A stretch of DNA of 37,168 bases from an uncultured Clostridia bacterium. Its GTDB lineage: Bacteria > Bacillota > Clostridia > Peptostreptococcales > Anaerovoracaceae. The stretch spans positions 1 through 37,168 of the forward strand of contig CALZMV010000001.1 of NCBI GenBank assembly GCA_945788655.1. The letters are read 5' to 3'. Position 1 is the first letter of the stretch. Each line of letters opens with the position of its first letter. The notes beneath the pieces are model-generated. The model searched no databases, was not told where the DNA came from, and saw nothing but the letters and a program-made list of their open reading frames with translations. A program made the position numbers and the translations under genes. Of this stretch, positions 7,697 through 15,295 are shown piece by piece.

Positions 7697-8584
7697 CTAG
7701 TATACAACCTTACCTAAAATTGAAAGGATTAATTCCATAGCTAGTCTGCCTGTCTGATTTTTGACATCAAGCATTGGGTTTACTTCTACCATATCAAGTG
7801 CCAATACCTTGCCGCTTGTGCAAAGAGTTTCTACCATGTAGAAAGCCTCTCTCAATGTAAGCCCGCTATGTACAATTGTACCTGTGCCAGGAGCTGCTTC
7901 AGGTGTGATTGAGTCAACGTCGAAGCTTACATGAATACCCTCTGTTCCATCGGATGCAATCTTGATAGCTTCTTCAATTACTGCAGGCATTCCCATTCTG
8001 TCGATATCTGCAATAGAGAATACTGTTACGCCATGTTCTCTAAGGCGGATTCTTTCCATTTCGTCGATATCTCTTCCTGCAATCTGTACCGCATTCTTTG
8101 TATCAACATAAACCGGTTCCTGTCCGAAATCTACCATGATATCGGGACCTGCACCACATACAGCGGAGAATGGCATTCCGTGCATGTTACCGGAAGGAGA
8201 AGATTCTTCGTTGTTCCAGTCACCGTGTGCATCTACCCAGATTACACCGATTTTCTTAAAGTGCTTTGCTGTAGCTGAAATACTTCCTGCTGCGATGCTG
8301 TGGTCGCCACCTAAAATAACAGGAAATGCTCCGTCTTTATGTGATTCTAATGTTGCCTTATAAAGCTTTTCGTTAGCATCGTGAACCTGTTCATAGTTTC
8401 TTAATGTTTCTGATGTTGCCCCATCAGCCAAAGGAATTACATCTCCTTTGTCAACAACTTCATAACCCAGGTCTTCAATTCCTTTTTTTACTCCGGCATA
8501 TCTGATTGCTGCCGGTCCCATATTAACCCCTCTTGTAGCTGCGCCCAAATCCATCTGTACGCCGATTAAGTCTACTCTTTTCAT
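7697..8584 (-). CDS. rocF: Arginase
   Basis: I place the start at ATG 8584 (MKRVDLIGVQMDLGAATRGVNMGPAAIRY...) with an AAAGGAGAG RBS. The track ORF extends 14 codons further upstream without an RBS. Ureohydrolase metal motifs are present: GGDHSIA, VDAHGDWN, SFDVDS, EVNP. It aligns end-to-end with B. subtilis RocF as I recall it. Confidence 0.88.
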   Translation of the reverse strand: MKRVDLIGVQMDLGAATRGVNMGPAAIRYAGVKKGIEDLGYEVVDKGDVIPLADGATSETLRNYEQVHDANEKLYKATLESHKDGAFPVILGGDHSIAAGSISATAKHFKKIGVIWVDAHGDWNNEESSPSGNMHGMPFSAVCGAGPDIMVDFGQEPVYVDTKNAVQIAGRDIDEMERIRLREHGVTVFSIADIDRMGMPAVIEEAIKIASDGTEGIHVSFDVDSITPEAAPGTGTIVHSGLTLREAFYMVETLCTSGKVLALDMVEVNPMLDVKNQTGRLAMELILSILGKVVY

Positions 8585-8616
8585 TTCTATCTCTCCTTTG
8601 TAATACATCAATCTGA

Positions 8617-8632
8617 TTTGACACACATCAAA
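8617..8632. promoter_or_regulatory. Crp/Fnr-type palindromic operator candidate, TTTGA-N6-TCAAA
   Basis: Perfect 5+5 inverted repeat (TTTGACACACATCAAA) located 33-48 nt upstream of the arginase ATG. It fits TTGAT-N4-ATCAA geometry with one mismatch. A Crp/Fnr regulator gene lies directly downstream of the arginase gene. Confidence 0.4.
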
Positions 8633-8653
8633 TCTTTTACTTCAACGAGATAA

Positions 8654-8683
8654 AGTATATCACATTATCCCCATTTCTGTAAA
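8654..8683 (-). promoter_or_regulatory. Sigma-A-type promoter candidate for the arginase gene
   Basis: Minus-strand TTTACA (8683-8678), an 18-nt spacer, then TGaTATACT (extended -10, hexamer 8659-8654). Confidence 0.45.
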
Positions 8684-8726
8684 TATCTAGTATATTATTA
8701 TGAAAAGCAAACCGGAATCAGAATTA

Positions 8727-9596
8727 TTAATATGGCTTTTTATAAAATCTTCCGTTGACTTGTTCAGTATTTATAACATTGATAAATGCTTTTGGATCGA
8801 TTTCTTTTATCGCTGCAATAACCTGATTTACCTGTTCTCTTCCTATTACCGAATAAAGAATATTTCTCTGGGCACCCTCAAAACAACCCGTTGCCTCAAT
8901 CAGAGTGGCATCATGATGAGTAATTTCTCTTATTTTTCCATATACTGCACCCGGAAGCTCTGTAATAATAAAGAGGGTATCCTTCTGATATCTTTTGAAA
9001 AGCATCTGAATAACCTGAGTGCTTGTATACTGATAGATGATTGAATAAAGCGCCTTATCAAAACCAAATAGAATACCTGCAGTAGACAGAATTACAATGT
9101 TGGCTGCCAGAATATAATTCCATGTATCAATTCCCTTTTTTTCAGAGAAAAAAATCGAAATGAAGTCGGTACCACCGCCACTTGCACCAAATATCAGGCA
9201 TATACTGATTGCCACACTTCCTATTATTCCACCAAAAATACTTATCAGCAGTGTATCATAGGTTATGGTGACGGAAGGGAAAATATCCGTTAATATACCT
9301 GACAAGAACACCACGTAAAATGAGTATATTGTAAACTTCTTGCTGATAAATTTAAACCCGATAAATGCAGGTATGATATTTAATGGAACATATAATGCTG
9401 AATAAGGGATATGGAACCCTCCAACCATCTCAGCTATTCTTTGAATAAGTACTGTCAAGCCGCTGAATCCGCCGGGATATAGACCACCTGTCTGCACAAA
9501 GCTCTTCAGGTTAAAAGCCATAATGCAAGCTGCAACTGTCAATGCGACAATAGTTTTGAGTTCCTGCTTTATGTCCATCTTTTTTTTACTTTTCAT
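8727..9596 (-). CDS. YitT-family membrane protein (DUF2179 C-terminal domain)
   Basis: 289 aa with an N-terminal multi-TM region (GGLYPGGFSGL..., GASGGGTDFISIFF). The C-terminal soluble domain reads ITELPGAVYGKIREITHHDATLIEATGCFEG...VINTEQVNGRF. Confidence 0.85.
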   Translation of the reverse strand: MKSKKKMDIKQELKTIVALTVAACIMAFNLKSFVQTGGLYPGGFSGLTVLIQRIAEMVGGFHIPYSALYVPLNIIPAFIGFKFISKKFTIYSFYVVFLSGILTDIFPSVTITYDTLLISIFGGIIGSVAISICLIFGASGGGTDFISIFFSEKKGIDTWNYILAANIVILSTAGILFGFDKALYSIIYQYTSTQVIQMLFKRYQKDTLFIITELPGAVYGKIREITHHDATLIEATGCFEGAQRNILYSVIGREQVNQVIAAIKEIDPKAFINVINTEQVNGRFYKKPY

Positions 9597-9692
9597 TTTC
9601 TTTTCCTTTATTCCTATTTTATATATTTTTTATTAAACCTATCTAATTATGCAAGTAATTATGTGAGTTTTTAAGCCTTTCTCTCAGTTTTC

Positions 9693-10172
9693 CTAAGCTT
9701 CAGGCAATTTTGTTACATCAATCCACTCTAACGCCTTTGAATACTTAAACAGTTCTTCACAGGTGAACTCAATGGCACTGTTGCTGCTTCCACAGGCAGG
9801 GAAAACTGTTTCAAATCGTCTCATGGATTCATCGCAATATACCTTAACCTTCTCATTTGTTATGCCAAAGGCACATACGCCACCTACAGCATGTCCGGTA
9901 AATTCAATTGCCTCATCAGGTGATAACATCTTAGCCTTCTGGTGGAAAAAATCCTTAAACTTTCTATTATCCACCTTTGCATCACCTGCCATTTGAATTA
10001 GAATGCAGCCATCCTCTCCATCTTTAAAGGAAAGAGTCTTGCAGATTCTTGCCCCTTCAACACCAACTGCCTGTGCTGCCAGTTCCACTGTTGCACTTGA
10101 AACATCAAATTCCATTATTCTGTCTTCAATTCCAAATTGTTTAAAGTATTCTCTTACTATCTGTATAGACAT
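9693..10172 (-). CDS. YbaK/EbsC-family aminoacyl-tRNA deacylase domain protein
   Basis: 159 aa: ...ATVELAAQAVGVEGARICKTLSFK...ILIQMAGDAKVDNRKFKDFF...GHAVGGVCAFG.... Confidence 0.85.
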   Translation of the reverse strand: MSIQIVREYFKQFGIEDRIMEFDVSSATVELAAQAVGVEGARICKTLSFKDGEDGCILIQMAGDAKVDNRKFKDFFHQKAKMLSPDEAIEFTGHAVGGVCAFGITNEKVKVYCDESMRRFETVFPACGSSNSAIEFTCEELFKYSKALEWIDVTKLPEA

Positions 10173-10203
10173 GTTCTCAACCTCTCATATTATTATCTGT
10201 TTT

Positions 10204-10212
10204 ATTATATCA
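10204..10212 (-). promoter_or_regulatory. Extended -10 promoter candidate for the ybaK-like gene
   Basis: Minus-strand TGaTATAAT lies about 32 nt upstream of ATG 10172. There is no good -35. Confidence 0.4.
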
Positions 10213-10329
10213 CATCCTGTATACAATATCATAACATATTTAGAGTAAATAGTGTGATTACGATACTGCTTAAACATTTTAAATTTTTTGTTTTCTCCAA
10301 CAAAAAAAATCGTGTTTTTTATTATTTTC

Positions 10330-10358
10330 TTGACAGTTTTGTGAAGATTTGATAGAAT
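10330..10358 (+). promoter_or_regulatory. Near-consensus sigma-A promoter for the SNF transporter gene
   Basis: TTGACA (10330-10335), a 17-nt spacer, then TAGAAT (10353-10358). An A/T-rich tract lies upstream. Confidence 0.75.
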
Positions 10359-10417
10359 TAACCTGTTATTTTTATTATAGAGTATATTGCTCAAAATATT
10401 TTGGAGGACTAATTCAA

Positions 10418-11821
10418 ATGGAACAAAACAATCTAACTAACCAGAAGGGTCAGTTTGGATCTAACCTAGGTTTCTTAATGGCAGCCATTGGATCCGCAGT
10501 AGGCCTTGGTAACTTATGGGGATTCCCATACAAGATGGGTGCGAATGGTGGTTTCGCATTCCTGATTTTATATCTAATATTAGTAGTATTCGTAGGGTAT
10601 GTAATCCTGATGACAGAACTTGCTCTTGGTAGAAAGACAGGTAAGGGCGTTGTAGGTGCATATGAGGCATTATCTAAGAAGTATTCCTTCATTGGATGGA
10701 TGGGCGCTATCGCTCCTTGGTTAATCCTTTCCTTCTACTCCATGCTAGGTGGTTACTGTATCAAATATGCAGTTGCAAACCTTGGTGATGCTTTCCACGC
10801 AAGCTGGGGTGTAGGTGACACAGATACCGGAGCTTACTTCGGAGCGTTCACTTCTGATATGCTTCAGACTGTTGTATTCTCACTGATATTCGTAGTGTTA
10901 ACAGTTTTAATCGTTAGAGCCGGTGTGTCTGGCGGTATTGAAAAATTCACTTCAATTGCAATGCCAGCACTGTTCATAATGCTTTTAATTACAATTATCA
11001 GATCCGTAACTCTTCCTGGTGCTTCAGAAGGTTTAGCATTCATGTTCAAGCCTAACTGGGAAGCTTTCCAGGGAACTGGCTGGATTACTGTATTATCAGT
11101 AGCCGGTGGACAGATGTTCTTCTCACTGTCCCTAGGCATGTCAATCATGATTGCATACGGTTCATACTTACCAAAAGATCAGAATCTTGAAAGATCAGCA
11201 TTAGTAATTCCTTTTGCAGATACATTAGTTGCAATCATGGCAGGTCTTGCTACAATGCCTGCGGTATTTGCAGCCGGCCTTGAACCTGGTGCAGGTCCTG
11301 GTCTTTTATTCATCACATTACAGACTGTATTCAAATCAATGGGTGGATTCGGACCGATCTTCGGTTTCATCTTCTACACATTGGTGTTCATCGCTGCAAT
11401 CACTTCTTCAATCTCCTTACTTGAAGGTATCTCTGCAGTTGCAATGGATAAGGCAATCGAAAAGGGCAAAACACCTGACAGAAACAAGATTGTTATTACT
11501 CTTGGTATTTCAATTGCAATCACTGCATCATTAGTTTCAATCGATGGACTTGGTGCAAACGGCTTCCCTCAGTTCTTCGGACAGGGCTGCTGGCTTGACG
11601 CAATCGACCTGATTTCTGAAGGTATCTTAATGCCTCTTGGTGCTTGCTACTGCGCAATCGTTGTTCCAACTGCACTAGTTGACGATGAAGTATCATTAAA
11701 CGGCAAGTTCAAAACTAAAGCCTTCTATGATTTCTGTATCAAGTTCGTAGCACCAATTATGATGGTAATCGTTCTTTTAGGCCAGTTAGACGGATTCTTT
11801 GGTTTAGGAATGTTCAGCTAA
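10418..11821 (+). CDS. Sodium-dependent transporter, neurotransmitter:sodium symporter (SNF) family
   Basis: I place the start at ATG 10418 (MEQNNLTNQKGQFGSNLGFLMAAIGSAVGLGNLWGFPY...) with a GGAGG RBS 10 nt upstream. The track ORF starts 23 codons earlier inside the promoter. It has about 11-12 TM segments. Confidence 0.9.
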   Translation: MEQNNLTNQKGQFGSNLGFLMAAIGSAVGLGNLWGFPYKMGANGGFAFLILYLILVVFVGYVILMTELALGRKTGKGVVGAYEALSKKYSFIGWMGAIAPWLILSFYSMLGGYCIKYAVANLGDAFHASWGVGDTDTGAYFGAFTSDMLQTVVFSLIFVVLTVLIVRAGVSGGIEKFTSIAMPALFIMLLITIIRSVTLPGASEGLAFMFKPNWEAFQGTGWITVLSVAGGQMFFSLSLGMSIMIAYGSYLPKDQNLERSALVIPFADTLVAIMAGLATMPAVFAAGLEPGAGPGLLFITLQTVFKSMGGFGPIFGFIFYTLVFIAAITSSISLLEGISAVAMDKAIEKGKTPDRNKIVITLGISIAITASLVSIDGLGANGFPQFFGQGCWLDAIDLISEGILMPLGACYCAIVVPTALVDDEVSLNGKFKTKAFYDFCIKFVAPIMMVIVLLGQLDGFFGLGMFS

Positions 11822-11852
11822 TCTTTGGTTTAGATTACAAATACATTTAATC

Positions 11853-11884
11853 AAAAAGACGAATCTTCACGATTCGTCTTTTTT
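11853..11884. terminator. Bidirectional intrinsic terminator between the convergent SNF transporter gene and bofA
   Basis: AAAAA-GACGAATC-ttcac-GATTCGTC-TTTTTT: an 8-bp stem flanked by an A-run and a T-run. Confidence 0.8.
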
Positions 11885-11912
11885 ATATTTATTATCTAAT
11901 TTTACGATGGTA

Positions 11913-12173
11913 TTAAAGAGTTAGTATAATGAGCATTATCGCCCCCGGCAAACCGAGAATTCCGACGATACATGCATTGATGATATTAAGAGGAATCATT
12001 AAACCGATTGCAGAACCCACCAAATTTACCAACATTATTGCTGCGGCGCCAATGACACTATTTAAAACTAACTTCAAAATAATCTTTAAAGGCCACAAAA
12101 ATATTCTGCCAAATATAAAAAGAAGTAAAATTGCACCTATATAAGTAATAAATACACTCAAATCAATTCCCAT
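11913..12173 (-). CDS. bofA: Pro-sigmaK processing inhibitor BofA
   Basis: I place the start at ATG 12173 (MGIDLSVFITYIGAILLLFIFGRIFLWPLKIILKLVLNSVIGAAAIMLVNL...) with a GAAGGAGG RBS. It is 86 aa with two TM helices and lies near recR and yaaL, as in Bacillus. Confidence 0.8.
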   Translation of the reverse strand: MGIDLSVFITYIGAILLLFIFGRIFLWPLKIILKLVLNSVIGAAAIMLVNLVGSAIGLMIPLNIINACIVGILGLPGAIMLIILTL

Positions 12174-12272
12174 AAATCTACCTCCTTCATTATTTGTACT
12201 GCCGCCCGTATAAAATATGCTTCTTTGGAATAAAATAGAATTAAATATTTGCAACGAAAGGTGTGATAATAA

Positions 12273-12497
12273 TTGTCTATTATATCATCAGCTGCCACAA
12301 AAAAGAACACTTCCGAAGATGAACAACTGCACAAATATATCGATTCAGCAAAAACCGAACTGGATCTTGCCACTGCCAGATTCAACGAATTAACTGACGA
12401 AAAGGCTATCGACTATGCCTCATATAATCTTCTTGCAGCAAAAGCGAAATACTCTTATCTTTTACAAATTGCAAAAGATAAAAAAATATCTCTCTGA
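12273..12497 (+). CDS. yaaL: YaaL-family protein (DUF2508)
   Basis: 74 aa with a TTG start and an AAAGGTG RBS 9 nt upstream. The sequence ...AKTELDLATARFNELTDEKAIDYASYNLLAAKAKYSYLLQIAKDKKI fits the DUF2508 pattern and the YaaL size. It is on the opposite strand to recR and bofA. Confidence 0.65.
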   Translation: MSIISSAATKKNTSEDEQLHKYIDSAKTELDLATARFNELTDEKAIDYASYNLLAAKAKYSYLLQIAKDKKISL

Positions 12498-12513
12498 AAC
12501 AATTCAGAGAGAT
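12488..12513. terminator. Bidirectional hairpin between the convergent yaaL and recR genes
   Basis: ATCTCTCTGAA-acaa-TTCAGAGAGAT forms an 11-bp stem. It is preceded by AAAAAA, followed by TTTCT, and overlaps the yaaL stop codon. Confidence 0.6.
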
Positions 12514-12522
12514 TTTCTGTTG

Positions 12523-13122
12523 TTACAATTCTCGCCGTCCTTCAACTGCTTTGAGCAATGTCACCTCATCAGCGTATTCAAGGTCACCACCCACAGGCAA
12601 TCCGTGAGCTATTCTTGTAACCTTTATGCCTGCCGGTTTAATAAGTCTAGCTATATACATAGCTGTAGCTTCACCTTCAATATTGGGGTTTGTTGCCACA
12701 ATAAGTTCCTGAACATCCGTTTTCTGCAGTCTAGTTATGAGGGATTTCAAATTGATATCATCAGGACCTATTCCCTCCATAGGTGAAATAACTCCATTGA
12801 GAACATGGTACTGACCGTTATAATCCCTTATTCGCTCCATTGCGGCTACATCCTTGGGACTTTCCACCACACATATTATATCTGTTCTTCTTGTAGGATC
12901 TGAACAGATTATGCATGGATCTTTATCGGTAAGATTGCCGCATACTGAACAATACTTCATTTCTTCCTTAGCCTTGACAATGGCATCTGCAAGGTTCTTT
13001 GCCTCCATATCATCTAAAGATAATATATGAAAGGCCAGTCTCTGTGCCGTCTTGTAGCCTATACCCGGAAGCTTTGACAGTTCTCCTATTAACTTTGCTA
13101 AAGGTCTTGGATACTGTTTCAT
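12523..13122 (-). CDS. recR: Recombination protein RecR
   Basis: 199 aa with a helix-hairpin-helix region ([14 protein letters not shown]), a C4 zinc finger ([16 protein letters not shown]) and a Toprim domain. Confidence 0.96.
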   Translation of the reverse strand: MKQYPRPLAKLIGELSKLPGIGYKTAQRLAFHILSLDDMEAKNLADAIVKAKEEMKYCSVCGNLTDKDPCIICSDPTRRTDIICVVESPKDVAAMERIRDYNGQYHVLNGVISPMEGIGPDDINLKSLITRLQKTDVQELIVATNPNIEGEATAMYIARLIKPAGIKVTRIAHGLPVGGDLEYADEVTLLKAVEGRREL

Positions 13123-13145
13123 TATTATACCCTTTTTATTACTGA

Positions 13146-13496
13146 CTATAATCCCGGAATTCCTAATCCACCGGTTAGCTTGCTCATTTCTGCATTAGAA
13201 ATTTCATCAATCTGGCGGAGACCTTCGTTTACTGCTACGATGATTAAATCCTGTAACATTTCAATGTCATCAGCATCTACTACTTCAGGCTTAAGGTCAA
13301 GCTTAACGATTTCTTTTTTACCGTTTATTACAGCGGTTACAGCACCGCCACCTGCAGTTGTAGTAACTTCCTTCTGCTCAATTTCAGCCTGCATCATTTC
13401 CATCTTTCTCTGCATAGCCTGCATCTGCTGAAGCTGTTTCTGCATTCCGCCGCCACCGCCTGATGGTTTCTTACCTGCTCTCATTCCTCTTCCCAT
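13146..13496 (-). CDS. ybaB: Nucleoid-associated protein YbaB/EbfC
   Basis: 116 aa: ...[57 protein letters not shown].... It sits in the conserved dnaX-ybaB-recR position. Confidence 0.93.
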   Translation of the reverse strand: MGRGMRAGKKPSGGGGGMQKQLQQMQAMQRKMEMMQAEIEQKEVTTTAGGGAVTAVINGKKEIVKLDLKPEVVDADDIEMLQDLIIVAVNEGLRQIDEISNAEMSKLTGGLGIPGL

Positions 13497-13517
13497 ATCA
13501 TTATTCCTCCTAGAAAA

Positions 13518-15071
13518 TTATTCAATATCTATTTTTATGCCAAGAAGATTTTCTGCCTCTCTGGCAATATTAACTGTTTCATCTGCCTTATTATCTAAAA
13601 CCGCGTCTCCCTGCACCCTGCAATGCATGCGAAGATGCCTTCCAACCTTTTGGCTTAATAGTTTCTCAAGGTCAGCCTTCTTCTGCTCTGCAAATCTATG
13701 TGTAAAATCACTGTTTGCCACAATTGTAAAAGAATCCTGAGCAATTTCTACAAGCCTTGTACCGCTTCGGATGAGGTTATAGCTTCCTGTGCTTCCCTCG
13801 CCCTCTTCAAAAATACTGCTCCACAACTCATCATTTTCAGTTGAGCAGGCAAGAGAGTTTACAAAGACATCCTGCTTTTGTGCAGGCTTTTGCATGTGCT
13901 TTTGCGGTTCATTCTGCGGCTGGTGAAATTCTTCCTTATCTTCTTTGATTACTGTTTTTACAGGTTGTTTAAGAATGGTTTCTTCATATCCTTCACCTGC
14001 TGCTATGGCCACTATTGCAAGTTCAAGAAGAACTCTTGGATTAGTTGACCACCTTGCATCATTTATTGTCTTTGAAAGCTTGGTTACCGCATAATCTATC
14101 TCATCAATTGAAATCTGATTGCTCTGCTGTCTTATGCGATTGAGGTTTTCTGAAGACATATTAAGCATATCTTCCGCATCTCTGACAAATTTAGTGATAA
14201 GAAGACTTCTGTAATGACTCACCCAGTCCTTCATTATCTGCTTGACGTCTTTACCCTCCTGAAGAACATCATTTAAAAGGACCAAAGCTTCCGCTGATTT
14301 CTTTAGTAGTACAAGTTCTGTAAGATCTATGAAGAATTCTTCACCTGTTGTGCCGACATATTCTATTACCTTTTCTCTGTCGATTACGGTATCTCCTCCC
14401 GCAAGAACCTGATCTAAGATGCTCAGTCCATCTCTTACAGAGCCGTCTGCACTGTTTGCGAGAAGTCTGACAGCATCATCGGTTATGGCAATGTTTCGCT
14501 CTTGACAAATCTTTTTCATATTGCCTGCAATTGTGCTTTGCGGAACTCTTCTAAAGTCAAGTCTCATACACCTTGAAAGAATTGTAAGAGGCAGTTTGTT
14601 TGGTTCTGTAGTAGCCAGAATAAACATAACGTGCTCCGGCGGCTCTTCAAGGGTCTTCAGAAGAGCATTAAAGGCACCTGTAGACAACATGTGCACTTCG
14701 TCTATTATATACACCTTCTTATTGCCTACAGCAGGTGGATATTTGACACTTTCTCTCAGCTCTCTTATATTCTCAACACCATTGTTTGATGCCGCATCTA
14801 TCTCAATTACGTCCATAAAATTGCCATCACTTATGGCTTTGCAGTGGGCACATGTACCACACGGTTTTGCTCCATCAGAAAGGCAGTTAACCGCTTTTGC
14901 AAGAATTCTTGCAGTAGAAGTCTTGCCAGTTCCTCTCGTTCCACAAAAAAGATAGGCATGACTCAAATTGTCTGATGCCACCTGATTTTTTAATATCTTT
15001 ACTATGTGTTCCTGGCCTAATATCTCTTCAAATACTTCAGGTCTGCATGTCCTGTATAGTGCTGTATACAT
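13518..15071 (-). CDS. dnaX: DNA polymerase III subunit gamma/tau
   Basis: 517 aa: MYTALYRTCRPEVFEEILGQEHI...FCGTRGTGKTS (Walker A), a zinc module (CGTCAHCKAI) and YIIDEVHMLS. Confidence 0.96.
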   Translation of the reverse strand: MYTALYRTCRPEVFEEILGQEHIVKILKNQVASDNLSHAYLFCGTRGTGKTSTARILAKAVNCLSDGAKPCGTCAHCKAISDGNFMDVIEIDAASNNGVENIRELRESVKYPPAVGNKKVYIIDEVHMLSTGAFNALLKTLEEPPEHVMFILATTEPNKLPLTILSRCMRLDFRRVPQSTIAGNMKKICQERNIAITDDAVRLLANSADGSVRDGLSILDQVLAGGDTVIDREKVIEYVGTTGEEFFIDLTELVLLKKSAEALVLLNDVLQEGKDVKQIMKDWVSHYRSLLITKFVRDAEDMLNMSSENLNRIRQQSNQISIDEIDYAVTKLSKTINDARWSTNPRVLLELAIVAIAAGEGYEETILKQPVKTVIKEDKEEFHQPQNEPQKHMQKPAQKQDVFVNSLACSTENDELWSSIFEEGEGSTGSYNLIRSGTRLVEIAQDSFTIVANSDFTHRFAEQKKADLEKLLSQKVGRHLRMHCRVQGDAVLDNKADETVNIAREAENLLGIKIDIE

Positions 15072-15091
15072 GGTGTCGGTCTCCTCTGTGA

Positions 15092-15261
15092 TAAAAATTG
15101 CCCTTAAAGAGCAACGCTAGGCGCTGGAGAAGGCTAATCTGCGGCACATAAGAACTTCCGCTTATTGCTGCTTCCTTCCGGACCTGACAAGGTTCACGGC
15201 ATCCCATTGCGCAGGACCCAAACCATGCCAGGCGAAGCTCTCTAAGGGCAATTTAATTACC
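15092..15261 (-). ncRNA. ffs: Signal recognition particle RNA (short form of about 170 nt, a single extended hairpin)
   Basis: The minus-strand RNA contains the universal domain IV core GUCAGGUCCGGAAGGAAGCAGC. Flanking helix-5 sequence (GGGUCCUGCGCAAUGGGA ... UGUGCCGCAG) resembles B. subtilis scRNA. The terminal stem AAAUUGCCCUUAGAGAGC pairs with GCUCUUUAAGGGCAAUUU and is followed by a U-tract. The position upstream of dnaX is the conserved one. Confidence 0.9.
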
Positions 15262-15266
15262 AATAT

Positions 15267-15295
15267 ATTATAGTATTTTTTTGATTACATTTCAA
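15267..15295 (-). promoter_or_regulatory. Consensus-like sigma-A promoter for the SRP RNA (-35 lies inside the ligA 3' end)
   Basis: Minus-strand TTGAAA (15295-15290), a 17-nt spacer, then TATAAT (15272-15267). Confidence 0.75.

Noticed and set aside
10304-10315. 12-mer AAAAAATCGTGT is shared between the SNF promoter region (10304-10315) and 37048-37059 near the window end.
   Set aside because: In about 37 kb of AT-rich sequence, dozens of repeated 12-mers are expected by chance. The surrounding sequence does not extend the match convincingly, and no common promoter geometry follows.
10137-10394. Two ORFs of about 70 aa (10137-10352 plus, 10185-10394 minus) in the ybaK/SNF intergenic region.
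   Set aside because: They lie in an extremely AT-rich promoter region and have Ile/Tyr/Asn/Lys-rich low-complexity translations with no RBS. They overlap the near-consensus SNF promoter.
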